Virus record (IMG/VR): IMGVR_UViG_3300028608_000006
Span: 124,001-188,000 of that record
Direction: 5' to 3' (one strand)
DNA: 64,000 bases
In this document: in pieces, positions 55,378 through 64,000 of the stretch
How positions within the stretch are numbered: the first letter of the stretch is position 1
Layout: every line of letters starts with the position of its first letter
Translations under genes and position numbers: made by a program
Notes under the pieces: model-generated
Databases searched by the model: none
The model's input: only the letters and a program-made list of their open reading frames with translations
What the model was told of the DNA's origin: nothing

Positions 55378-55882
55378 AGTAATTTTCCCCGCCCAGGAGT
55401 AGAAGGATACGTCCTACAGCGGCTGGACCGACGCCCGCGGCAAGACGATAAAGGTCGTAGTCTTCCAGACGGTAGCCGTCCTTCAGAAACGGTTCTGTGG
55501 TGCCAGGCCGGTGACGGGTCTGGTACGTAGCAGATCGGGCGCGGGCAGAGGCTTCAAGAGCGTGTTCTTCCATGCGCAGCGAAGTCAAGATCGTTTGGTG
55601 ACCTTGCTTGCCGTTGAGGTAATGCACGATATCGCGAATCAGGTTCGCCAGAGGCCCACGGCCGCCATCGAAGTTGATCTCGAGGAACTGAGCGAAGTTG
55701 TTACCGGTCAGGCGCTTTGCTTCCCGCAGTGTTTCCACGGCAACGTAGCCTTTGATAACCAACTCGAAGTCGTTGTAGGAATCCTGCCGCAGAAGGCGCA
55801 GGTTCCTGAACGAGCCACTCAGATCCTGATCGGACAACGACGCTTCCACGTAGCCGTTTTTGATCAGTCTGTAATCAGGCAT
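55370..55882 (-). CDS. Hypothetical head-cluster protein
   Basis: Start moved to MPDYRL (ATG 55882), coupled to the upstream stop codon. Confidence 0.65.
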   Translation of the reverse strand: MPDYRLIKNGYVEASLSDQDLSGSFRNLRLLRQDSYNDFELVIKGYVAVETLREAKRLTGNNFAQFLEINFDGGRGPLANLIRDIVHYLNGKQGHQTILTSLRMEEHALEASARARSATYQTRHRPGTTEPFLKDGYRLEDYDLYRLAAGVGPAAVGRILLLLGGENYYG

Positions 55883-56756
55883 ATTTCTTCTCGATCTGTT
55901 CGATGGCAACAGTGTTCTTGATGATCTCGTCTTGGTAGATTTCGATCTGACGTTCGAGCTGTGGATCTTCACCGCCACCTTTCTTGTTGATGGCTTGCGA
56001 GATCTTCATCGCGAACAGTTCGTTATCACGACGCATGTTTTCGATGCGCATGATGTTGATCTTGGCCCAGGCCAGGTGGAACCAGAACACTGGGTTGACC
56101 ATGTGCACGCCGAAGCCTTGCTTGAGCAGGTCGACCTTGGCATCGCCCTCCATGCTTTCCAGCACGTCCAGGGAGTTCTGGCTGACTTCCACATCCGGCA
56201 CGCTGTTGAGGCGCAGGAGGATGCCACGGGAGCCCTTGAGCAGCTCGACGGTCAGGGTACGGAAGAACAACTCGGTACCATTGATCCAGCGCGTGTCATA
56301 CTTCGACAGGTACTGGTCAGGCTGGATGTCCTTGTTGTTCATGGTCAGCAATACATCGAAGACCATACGCACGTACTTGATCCAGAAGGTCAGGTGCTCG
56401 ATCAGGTTGAGGATGTTCACCTGTTTAAGGGTGATCAACTTACCGTCCCAGATCTTTTCGTTGTAGCCCTTGATCAACTTGATCGTTTCAGGTACCAACG
56501 CCTGGATGCAGGCAAGACCAGCGGAAATGGTTTCCGGCAGCTCACCCATGTGCACACCATTGGCACGCAGAGCTTTTTCCAGACCCTTGGTGATGATCCA
56601 GTGGCCGGCCACGGCGCTCAGGTCCACATTGCTGTTCTTGATACGAGCAATGTTGGATTCGAGATCAGTGGCGGCAACAGTGATGTTCAGCAAGGAGGAG
56701 ATGATGTCTTCTTGCTTGAACGTCTGTACGCCAGCACTATATTCAACTGCGTTCAT
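55875..56756 (-). CDS. Inner-body head protein (phiKZ gp90-like by synteny)
   Basis: 293-aa helical protein with a C-terminal coiled coil, directly coupled to the upstream gene. Confidence 0.6.
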   Translation of the reverse strand: MNAVEYSAGVQTFKQEDIISSLLNITVAATDLESNIARIKNSNVDLSAVAGHWIITKGLEKALRANGVHMGELPETISAGLACIQALVPETIKLIKGYNEKIWDGKLITLKQVNILNLIEHLTFWIKYVRMVFDVLLTMNNKDIQPDQYLSKYDTRWINGTELFFRTLTVELLKGSRGILLRLNSVPDVEVSQNSLDVLESMEGDAKVDLLKQGFGVHMVNPVFWFHLAWAKINIMRIENMRRDNELFAMKISQAINKKGGGEDPQLERQIEIYQDEIIKNTVAIEQIEKKYA

Positions 56757-57869
56757 TTACGCACCCCCGTTCAACAGTTTGACCAGATCAGCCAGCGTGT
56801 TGCTGCCGGTGTCTTTCTTGGATTTGGACGACAGATCCTTACGGGTGTAAGTCTCCGCCATGTTCGCGCCGTGCGTGTAGAACGTGTAGATACCACGGTC
56901 TTCGTTGCACACGACGATGGTGTTGGCCTTGACCGCCGAGAAGATCGACTCACGGGACTTCGCATCGTCAAAGCGCTTACCGATATCCAGCTCGAGCTGG
57001 TTAGCAGTGTCCTTGGTGAAGACGAAGGTGTTGGCCAGGTTGTTGAAACTGACCAGACCGGTACGGATCGCCGCCATGCGGTTGCCGGTTTCGCGGTTCA
57101 GGGCTTCTTTGTAGTAGCCGGACATGTCTTCGTTCTTGAGGCGGAAGCGCTCTTTCACGATGTCCAGACCGCTGACGAATTCCGGGGAGGTGATCTCACC
57201 AGTCTTGACCATCAGCATGCGAGCCCAGAAACCGTCGTCGCCTTTGGCAGCCGAGAAGACACGAGCCAAGTCTTTCGGTTGAGTCGGAACTGGGATCTGA
57301 CGGAAGGTCAGCGGGAATTCGATCTTGGCACCGTTGTCACCGTAGATAGTCGCGTTGACTACCTTGCCGATGGCCAGCGGAGCGAACTCGTGGATGTCCG
57401 GGAAGGTCTTGCCGCCAACCTGTACATAGTTGGTCTTGCCTTCGTCGTCGTCCTTCTTGTCGTCTTCATTGCCGACGATGTTGTCGTTCAACGCCTCAGC
57501 ACCCAGGATCGACAGCATGCCGCCGCGATTTGGGTTGATGGTGCCGACGATGTCACGGACCTTGACACCCATGCCAGCAGAGTTCTGCAAAGCCAGGTGA
57601 GTCAGGGTGGCCACGACGTCACGCAACATGATGATTTGGATCAAGTCGGACATGAATTCTTGGTGCAGCAGCGAGCCTTCAATCACGCACATTGGGGCAA
57701 TGATTGCTTGGTTCGCGGACTGTGTCACCGACGTGGTGGAAACCACATTGTATGAATGTTTTGCCCGCTCGGCTACCTGAGCAGCCGACCCGATATCTTT
57801 GCTGTCTGGGTAGATCTTAGACGCGAAGTCGAGAAAGAACGACCCCAGATTAAGTACACTTCCGATCAT
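56757..57869 (-). CDS. Inner-body head protein (phiKZ gp89-like by synteny)
   Basis: 370 aa with an LGAE|AL site followed by an acidic linker; divergent from the baseplate pair. Confidence 0.6.
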   Translation of the reverse strand: MIGSVLNLGSFFLDFASKIYPDSKDIGSAAQVAERAKHSYNVVSTTSVTQSANQAIIAPMCVIEGSLLHQEFMSDLIQIIMLRDVVATLTHLALQNSAGMGVKVRDIVGTINPNRGGMLSILGAEALNDNIVGNEDDKKDDDEGKTNYVQVGGKTFPDIHEFAPLAIGKVVNATIYGDNGAKIEFPLTFRQIPVPTQPKDLARVFSAAKGDDGFWARMLMVKTGEITSPEFVSGLDIVKERFRLKNEDMSGYYKEALNRETGNRMAAIRTGLVSFNNLANTFVFTKDTANQLELDIGKRFDDAKSRESIFSAVKANTIVVCNEDRGIYTFYTHGANMAETYTRKDLSSKSKKDTGSNTLADLVKLLNGGA

Positions 57870-57896
57870 GTTAACCTCTCCAAGAAGGAATAATTT

Positions 57897-58970
57897 ATGG
57901 CTGATAGCCCAAGTTCTAATGAGGGATGGTTTGACGGGACACCAGGAAACGAGAAACCTACTGTCGCGCTTGATTCACATAGCGTCCCCGAATACCTAGA
58001 TTATGCGTTCAGAGAAAATGGTGGACCTGGTTACCAGAGTGCGTTGGTTAACATGCTCCGAGGCATCAGAATTCTCGGTCCAGGGAACCAGCTAGCGCCC
58101 ATCCCCGACGACACCATAGGATTAGCGTTTGTTAGCCGTCCGATGTTGAACCTGTCTGACGAAAACGTCATTAAACACCCGCAGTTGGCTCCTTTGTACA
58201 AGCCTCAGAAAAACACGCTGATGGCTTACATTAAAGGTTTGCTGGATCCGACGTGGGGACGTGGTAACAGTGGGCTCACCGACATCCTTGATCCGTTGTA
58301 TCCCTGGATCCCACCGTGCTCCAACTTCCTCAAGGTTAGCTCGGGCTTTCCTGACCTGCAATTGACCATGGGTAAGTCGACTCCTGGTTTCCGTAAAGAA
58401 GTTTACCAGTACGTGAACAGCGTGCTTAAAGTGAACTACGATTACGACATGCGTCAGTCCTACCACACGTCCAAGCCTAGCGTGCTTCCTTATATGTTTG
58501 AAGCTTGGGTCCACTACATCGAAGCGGTGAAGTTGGGCGATGAAGGGATGGAGCCTTATCCCGAGGCATTGATCGAGAACTACGTCGATTACGACTGCCG
58601 CATCTACCACATGATCTTGAACAAGGACATGCGGAGTATCGAGTGGTTGTTCTGTAGCGGTAGTTCCGTGCCTACGACGTTCCCATCGGGTGCCTTCAGT
58701 ACCATCGACCGGACACAGAATACGTTGCGTGGTCAAGGGCAGGATGAGCTGGAGATTAACTTCTCCTCCGTGGGATTCCGTTTCGGTAACATTCAAATTG
58801 CCGACATGTTCAACCGCACCACCGTCAAGTTCAACCCAGGTATGTTGCCTGCGGTGCGTGAGCAAAATTACCGTCTGTTGTCCATGTCCGAGTATTTCTC
58901 TGGTGGGTATGAAGTGTACCCGTGGATCAACATTGACACCATGAAGTTAGAATACTGGAGTCGGCTCTAA
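57897..58970 (+). CDS. Tail/baseplate protein (phiKZ gp88-like by synteny; tube-initiator-type)
   Basis: 357 aa, SD AAGGA; beta-rich C-terminal part resembles tube-fold proteins. Confidence 0.55.
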   Translation: MADSPSSNEGWFDGTPGNEKPTVALDSHSVPEYLDYAFRENGGPGYQSALVNMLRGIRILGPGNQLAPIPDDTIGLAFVSRPMLNLSDENVIKHPQLAPLYKPQKNTLMAYIKGLLDPTWGRGNSGLTDILDPLYPWIPPCSNFLKVSSGFPDLQLTMGKSTPGFRKEVYQYVNSVLKVNYDYDMRQSYHTSKPSVLPYMFEAWVHYIEAVKLGDEGMEPYPEALIENYVDYDCRIYHMILNKDMRSIEWLFCSGSSVPTTFPSGAFSTIDRTQNTLRGQGQDELEINFSSVGFRFGNIQIADMFNRTTVKFNPGMLPAVREQNYRLLSMSEYFSGGYEVYPWINIDTMKLEYWSRL

Positions 58971-61897
58971 TGGCTATGTCCCAAGATGACCTGGAACGGT
59001 TGGCGAATAACCCACAGCGTGGGATCAACCTGATCATTGACGAAGTCGAACGCAACTGGTTTAACGGCACCGTCAAGCTGAACAGCAAAGCTCACCCCGC
59101 TGTACTCTGCATGGACCTGATCCTGGGTACCTCGCATGGCTTCCTGAACCGTTTGAGTGATGCCACCAGTAAGGTGGCCTTGAAGCACGCTCGTAACGTC
59201 AGCGACCTCAGCCGCAACATGGGTGACGACGAACGCTTTGGTCTGTTCGCCATGCCGTCGGAATCCACCATGCAGTGGGCGATCTCCGAAGATGCTTTCA
59301 AAGAGATCTCGAAAGAAGTCACGGTCGTTCAGGGTAAGACCACCTTTACCTACCAAGCGATCCTGATTCCTAAGGACTCGACCTTCGACGTTAACGGTTA
59401 TTCCTTTGCTGTTAACAACGGTGTTGAAATCCGCTGGAGTGAGAAGGCTGGTTGGCAGGCTGTGTACGACGAGCAGACCAATAACCCGTTCCAACCGATC
59501 GGCACTAACCTGATCGACAAGGACAAGAAGATTGTTAACGGTACGGTTTACCGACTGTTCAACATTCCGGTGACTCAGCTGGCTATTAAGTCGGTCGAGA
59601 ACATCACGTCCAACGAAGGCTCGGGTTGCCGCGGCACTGTTGAGTATCCGGACTACCTGTTCGGTGTGCGTGCGTTCTTGGTCAAGGACAACGTCCTGAA
59701 GGAGATTGCGGTCAGTTACGATCAGGATGTATTCGATCCACTGACGGTGACGCTGGCGCTGGACATCGACACAGTGAACAACCTGTTCAACTACGAGATC
59801 CCGGACGTCTACATCACCAACAAGCTGGGTACGGGCTCCATTCGCATTTACGCTTACACCACCAAAGGGGAACTGACCAAGAACCTCACCCTGACCCCTT
59901 CGCAGGTGATCATCCCGAACTACCAGGACTTCCGTTACGGTGCAGGTAAGCTGGGTGATACCTCGGCCATGCTGCGTAACGCCAAGGGTGCTGCGTGGGC
60001 CATGACCACGGTTACCACTGGTGGTAGCAACCCGATCCCGTTCAACCAGATGAAGCAAGCCCTCATCGATGATCGTCGTCAACGTAACACCCCGATTACT
60101 CAGAGCAACCTGAAAGGCAAGGTTGAGAACTACGGTTACGGTTCTGTGAAGACCATCGACTACCTGACCGGTCGCGCATACTCCCTGAGCAAGGAACTCC
60201 CTATTCAGGACAACAAGGGCTTCTACGCTCCGATGTCTTGCTACGTGGGCAGTCACTTGGCTTCGGCGAACGATCTGGTGGGCGCAGGTGTGGTGCTGGA
60301 CAACGGTAAGCGCATTACCATCCCGCACAACGTCTTGTTCGATATCACCTCGCCTACGTCTAAGTTGGTTAACCAAATCAACAAAGATCGCTACTTGGGG
60401 ATGTCGAGTGAACAGCTGGTTGACTTGACCGCTGATAGCACTCTGGTCTACACGCCGTTCTACTACGTGCTGGACATGACCAACAACCAAGCTGTGCTGC
60501 GCACTTATCACCTTGATGCACCGGTGGTTCGTAACCAGACCTTCGTGGCGGAGAACTCTACCCTGGGCTTTGAACTGGGTGTGGGTTCGATTGCGATTGA
60601 CCACATCGACACGGGTTACCTGATCACAGTCGTGACCAAGTCTAACGATGCGTATAAACAGCTGGACAACAACCAGCTGGGTCTGCAACTGTCGATCAAC
60701 CCACAAGACTCCAGTAGCCTGGCCAGTATTGCGGGTGTGTTGGTGGGCGTGACTGAAGACAACGAACGTATTTGGGAATTCCGTATGGAGACCAAGTTCG
60801 ATGTGGACGTCAACGATATCATCTACTTCACCAACCTGCATCAGTTCGGTACGGTTCAGCCAAGCACTGGCTCGACACTGGCCATCGACATGACCTTCAT
60901 CTTCTGCTTCGTAGGGGACATGGAGTTCAGTAAGTCGGACTCTGATGCGAAGATCGATCAAACCATCTTCCCTGAAGACATGGTGGCGATCATCGAAACC
61001 AGCTACGGTATTACCTTCGGGAAACTGATGGGTAACCTGTACAGCCGGATTCGTCCGTTGGTGGGTGAGGCGCAGTACCTGCGTTACGCGGCTGACGTTC
61101 CTGAGACTTATCAGGACAACAAGCTGAAGCGTGAGAACGGTGAGTTGGTGTTCGATCCTGAAACTGGACTGCCTATCCTGGAGCACAAGATCGGGGATGT
61201 GGTGTACAACGACAATGGCACCCCTCGTCTATTGTACCGCGCTGGCGTGGACGTGGTGGTGGATGCACAAGGCAAGCCGGTTGAGGTAGCGCCTCGTGAC
61301 TTGAAGTACCATTGGGACTTCATTGCTTTCGACGGTAACTACTTCTTCTCTGACGACCCGTATGACATCCAGTTTGCTCTGGATACGAAGAACTACTTCG
61401 TTAACGTCATCACCAAAGACATGGAAGCCTTTACCTCGGAAGCGCTGGACCGTACTGACTTGTTCTACCAGCCGCGCAGTAAGCTGGGGTACCAAAAGGT
61501 TGTGGTCAACAGCAACTACGAGTCGTTCCTCAAGCAGGACCTGGAATTCACCATTACGTATTACCTGACGGCCGCTGGTTATCGCAACCAGAACCTGAAG
61601 GATGCGTTGACCGACAGCACGCCACGGGTTATCAACATGGCGCTGTACGGGGCTACCACAATCGCTATCACCAGTTTCGTTACCAGTCTGATGCAGGATG
61701 CTGGCGACCAAGTGGTGAGCGTGAAGCTGAGTGCCTTGTCGGGTGACACCACTGTTGACGTTATCAGTAACGCCGACACACTCACTGGCTTCTGCGTTCG
61801 CAAGATGCTGAAGTTGTCGGGTGATGGTGGTGTGGGTGTTAAGGAGGCGATTGACGTCATCTTCTTGCCGCACGATGCCAGTACCGCAAATATCTAA
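58970..61897 (+). CDS. Large baseplate wedge-type protein (phiKZ gp87-like by synteny)
   Basis: 975 aa, coupled by a TAATG overlap. Motif TTGGSNPIPFNQMK...RNTPITQSNL resembles gp6/J-like wedge proteins. Confidence 0.6.
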   Translation: MAMSQDDLERLANNPQRGINLIIDEVERNWFNGTVKLNSKAHPAVLCMDLILGTSHGFLNRLSDATSKVALKHARNVSDLSRNMGDDERFGLFAMPSESTMQWAISEDAFKEISKEVTVVQGKTTFTYQAILIPKDSTFDVNGYSFAVNNGVEIRWSEKAGWQAVYDEQTNNPFQPIGTNLIDKDKKIVNGTVYRLFNIPVTQLAIKSVENITSNEGSGCRGTVEYPDYLFGVRAFLVKDNVLKEIAVSYDQDVFDPLTVTLALDIDTVNNLFNYEIPDVYITNKLGTGSIRIYAYTTKGELTKNLTLTPSQVIIPNYQDFRYGAGKLGDTSAMLRNAKGAAWAMTTVTTGGSNPIPFNQMKQALIDDRRQRNTPITQSNLKGKVENYGYGSVKTIDYLTGRAYSLSKELPIQDNKGFYAPMSCYVGSHLASANDLVGAGVVLDNGKRITIPHNVLFDITSPTSKLVNQINKDRYLGMSSEQLVDLTADSTLVYTPFYYVLDMTNNQAVLRTYHLDAPVVRNQTFVAENSTLGFELGVGSIAIDHIDTGYLITVVTKSNDAYKQLDNNQLGLQLSINPQDSSSLASIAGVLVGVTEDNERIWEFRMETKFDVDVNDIIYFTNLHQFGTVQPSTGSTLAIDMTFIFCFVGDMEFSKSDSDAKIDQTIFPEDMVAIIETSYGITFGKLMGNLYSRIRPLVGEAQYLRYAADVPETYQDNKLKRENGELVFDPETGLPILEHKIGDVVYNDNGTPRLLYRAGVDVVVDAQGKPVEVAPRDLKYHWDFIAFDGNYFFSDDPYDIQFALDTKNYFVNVITKDMEAFTSEALDRTDLFYQPRSKLGYQKVVVNSNYESFLKQDLEFTITYYLTAAGYRNQNLKDALTDSTPRVINMALYGATTIAITSFVTSLMQDAGDQVVSVKLSALSGDTTVDVISNADTLTGFCVRKMLKLSGDGGVGVKEAIDVIFLPHDASTANI

Positions 61898-61899
61898 AG

Positions 61900-61944
61900 G
61901 CAAACATAACCCCTACCCCAGCCAGCAACGGCGGGGTAGGGGTT
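61900..61944. terminator. Hairpin between convergent genes with a TTATGTTTGC tail on -
   Basis: 12-bp arms aacccctacccc and ggggtaggggtt; + strand GCAAACATAA at 61900-61909. Confidence 0.8.
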
Positions 61945-61958
61945 ATTCACGCTTGCGC

Positions 61959-62675
61959 TCAGTCCGGATCAGTGAAGGAGTGCAGGTAGCCCGCAAACAA
62001 CAGCGAGAGTTCCATGACTGCATCCAGCGAACCAAACCGCCAGTCCACATCAGACAGGCTCACGCTGTAGGACGTCGGGAAGTTTTCCTCGATGAACTTG
62101 TCGTGAGCTTTGCCGATCAGGTCGGGGATGTTTTCCAGGAACAGGTAGTCACCGTTTTCAACGGATTCCACGGTAGTGGTCAAGTCGACCCACTTCTTTG
62201 GACCCGAAGCCAACAGCTGAGCTTTGATCTCGTACACACCCCAGTTAACGAAGTTGATGTAACGAGACACCTGAGCCTTAACAACGTTGAGCATCCGGGC
62301 CGTGTCAGGACAGTCCAGAGGGCGTGCGTTGATGTTGTCCAGGATCACCTGCACTTCGCTTTGGATGTAAACACCCATCCCGTTGAAGTACTGACGAGTC
62401 TTGTCCGTGCTGATGGAATCGCTGATGCGCTTGTCCAGCCCCATGTTGAGGATGATCTGACCATTCTCCTTAGGGAACGTGCTGTACATGCGAACCTTCA
62501 GGTCGTTCGCTTCACGGGTTGGCCAGAAGCGGTTGATGATCTCGTTGGCTTCCTTCAGGCTGACACCCTCACGAAGTTGTTCCGCCAAGGTCTTCAACGC
62601 ATCAGTATGCGCAACCATCTCTTCGCGTGCCGCATTACGGAACTCGACAAGACGATCGTAGGTAACGTCGGTCAT
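61959..62675 (-). CDS. Putative head protein
   Basis: 238 aa, coupled to an upstream head paralogue. Confidence 0.6.
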   Translation of the reverse strand: MTDVTYDRLVEFRNAAREEMVAHTDALKTLAEQLREGVSLKEANEIINRFWPTREANDLKVRMYSTFPKENGQIILNMGLDKRISDSISTDKTRQYFNGMGVYIQSEVQVILDNINARPLDCPDTARMLNVVKAQVSRYINFVNWGVYEIKAQLLASGPKKWVDLTTTVESVENGDYLFLENIPDLIGKAHDKFIEENFPTSYSVSLSDVDWRFGSLDAVMELSLLFAGYLHSFTDPD

Positions 62676-64000
62676 ACCAATTTCCCCCAGCCAGTTTGTT
62701 TGGCGAAGTTGTTGAACGAGGTTTTCACGCCGGCCAAGTCTTGGACGATGATCTCGTTCACGACCTTGCTGTTGCGTTCGTAGAAGGTCTTCGCGTCTGC
62801 GTCCTTAATAACGACCAAATCGGCCTCATAAGGGTAACCTTCCACATCGGCCGACGGACTATGGCCTTTGCTGCGCGCGTCTTGGTTGATCTTGGCGATG
62901 GTGTCCATATCGTCAAGCAAGGCGTGGTAGTAGTAGGCGTGCGCACGGTTGTACCAGTCAACCAAGTTCGACGCCTGACGTTCTACCAGCATCAACGAGT
63001 TCGACACGCTGAAGCAGAACTGGGTGTAGCTCCGCACGTTGACACACAGTTGCTGATAAGCCGCCAGCAGGTGTGGTTGATTGTAGTACCCAGCGATCTG
63101 CTCGATCTTGTCCGCTTCACCGCGTTCGACGATATCACCCAGTTTCCGGAAGTCGGTCTTCTGGATGTCAACGGTGTTCTCGGTGATCTCAATGTAACGC
63201 GCATTGAGGAACTGGATCTGATTGAGCAACAGCGGAACGTCCTGCTTCTGGATCTTGACGCTTTCAGTCACCAGAGTTTCCTGGATCTTCTTGCGGCATT
63301 CGCTGAAACCGTTCTGAAGCTCTTCGTTGCTGAACTTCAGGCTGTACAGAACTTCGTACAGCTTGGAGACCTGGTCCGAGATCGCATCGACGTTGAGGGC
63401 GGTGGATACTTCCAAGATCTCTTTGAGCAGGCGGTTGATTTCAGGTGAAGTTTCTGCCGTCCGTCCCAGCGAAGGGGTGCTTGCCCGAACACGAGTCTTG
63501 GTGTACTCCTTACCGATGCTAGTCCGCAGCGCTTGGTTAGCACGGGTAATCTTGTCAGCGGACTGGTTCAGCTTAACCATGGCTTGTTGCAGCAACGGCA
63601 TGGCTTCAACCAACGAGTCGATCGTACCCTGATCGGTTTCGAACTTGCTCTTCATCAGAGTCAGTTGAGCAACCCGATCCTGGTTAGGCGGCAGGTTCAT
63701 CAGGAAGTTCTCGACGTTGTAGTCGGCTGCCGGGAAACCCAGACCGCTCAGCGTCGTAACGAATTCCTGTTTCATCTTGCCCAGGTTGTCGTTGATTTCC
63801 TTGTTGATGCGTGCGCTCTTACGGAAACCGAAGATACCCTTAACCGTATCCACCACCCAGTTCACCGCCATGCGGATATACTTGATGATGTTCTCGATGA
63901 ACTTCTTGAAACCTTCCACGATGGCGCCGAAGAAACCCTCAGCACCAACCCGGGCATTGCGCTCAGACGGGAACGGGTCGTAATGCTCGTGACCCACCAG
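62672..64000 (-). CDS. Internal head protein, paralogue family (5' partial)
   Basis: The frame is open to the window end; VGAE|GFFGAIVEGFKKFIENIIKYIRMAVNWVVDTVKGIFG matches the family motif. Confidence 0.75.
   Translation of the reverse strand: MVGHEHYDPFPSERNARVGAEGFFGAIVEGFKKFIENIIKYIRMAVNWVVDTVKGIFGFRKSARINKEINDNLGKMKQEFVTTLSGLGFPAADYNVENFLMNLPPNQDRVAQLTLMKSKFETDQGTIDSLVEAMPLLQQAMVKLNQSADKITRANQALRTSIGKEYTKTRVRASTPSLGRTAETSPEINRLLKEILEVSTALNVDAISDQVSKLYEVLYSLKFSNEELQNGFSECRKKIQETLVTESVKIQKQDVPLLLNQIQFLNARYIEITENTVDIQKTDFRKLGDIVERGEADKIEQIAGYYNQPHLLAAYQQLCVNVRSYTQFCFSVSNSLMLVERQASNLVDWYNRAHAYYYHALLDDMDTIAKINQDARSKGHSPSADVEGYPYEADLVVIKDADAKTFYERNSKVVNEIIVQDLAGVKTSFNNFAKQTGWGKLV

Noticed and set aside
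1-64000. tRNA, rRNA, CRISPR array, intein, group I intron, transposase or chimallin genes
   Set aside because: No cloverleaf, spaced direct-repeat array, intein motifs or interrupted core genes were seen. DnaB, SbcC, ligase and the RNAP subunit are of uninterrupted size.

Overview
This window is a core segment of a phiKZ-like jumbo myophage genome (Chimalliviridae-type, probably infecting a Pseudomonas-like Gram-negative host; the host is inferred). From start to end it contains: a partial NAD-dependent DNA ligase; an early operon with a minimal nucleotidyltransferase and a catalytically degenerate tandem paralogue; an SbcC/Rad50 ATPase; a beta-helical tail spike; four modular tail paralogues; an overlapping i-spanin/o-spanin-like pair converging on a two-TM holin candidate; a RuvC resolvase; a baseplate-type protein; a probable portal; an early island of small genes; the N-terminal beta subunit of the non-virion RNA polymerase; the major capsid protein; a DnaB-like helicase; a stand-alone Kelch propeller; hub and neck genes; and a large cluster of internal head proteins carrying G-x-E prohead-protease sites. 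Non-coding signals are about 15 terminator-like hairpins, 10 of them with an adjacent TATG-containing tail (typically TTATGTTTGC); three phiKZ-type early promoters (TTT[G/C]A-N4-TAYATWAY); and several compact palindromic elements. I saw no tRNA, rRNA, CRISPR array, intein or transposase. The phiKZ gp numbers come from remembered synteny, size and motifs, not from database searches. The most novel leads are the active/dead nucleotidyltransferase pair, the split lysis cassette, the hairpin+TTATG element, the SD/anti-SD palindrome heading the nvRNAP operon, and the Kelch insertion.
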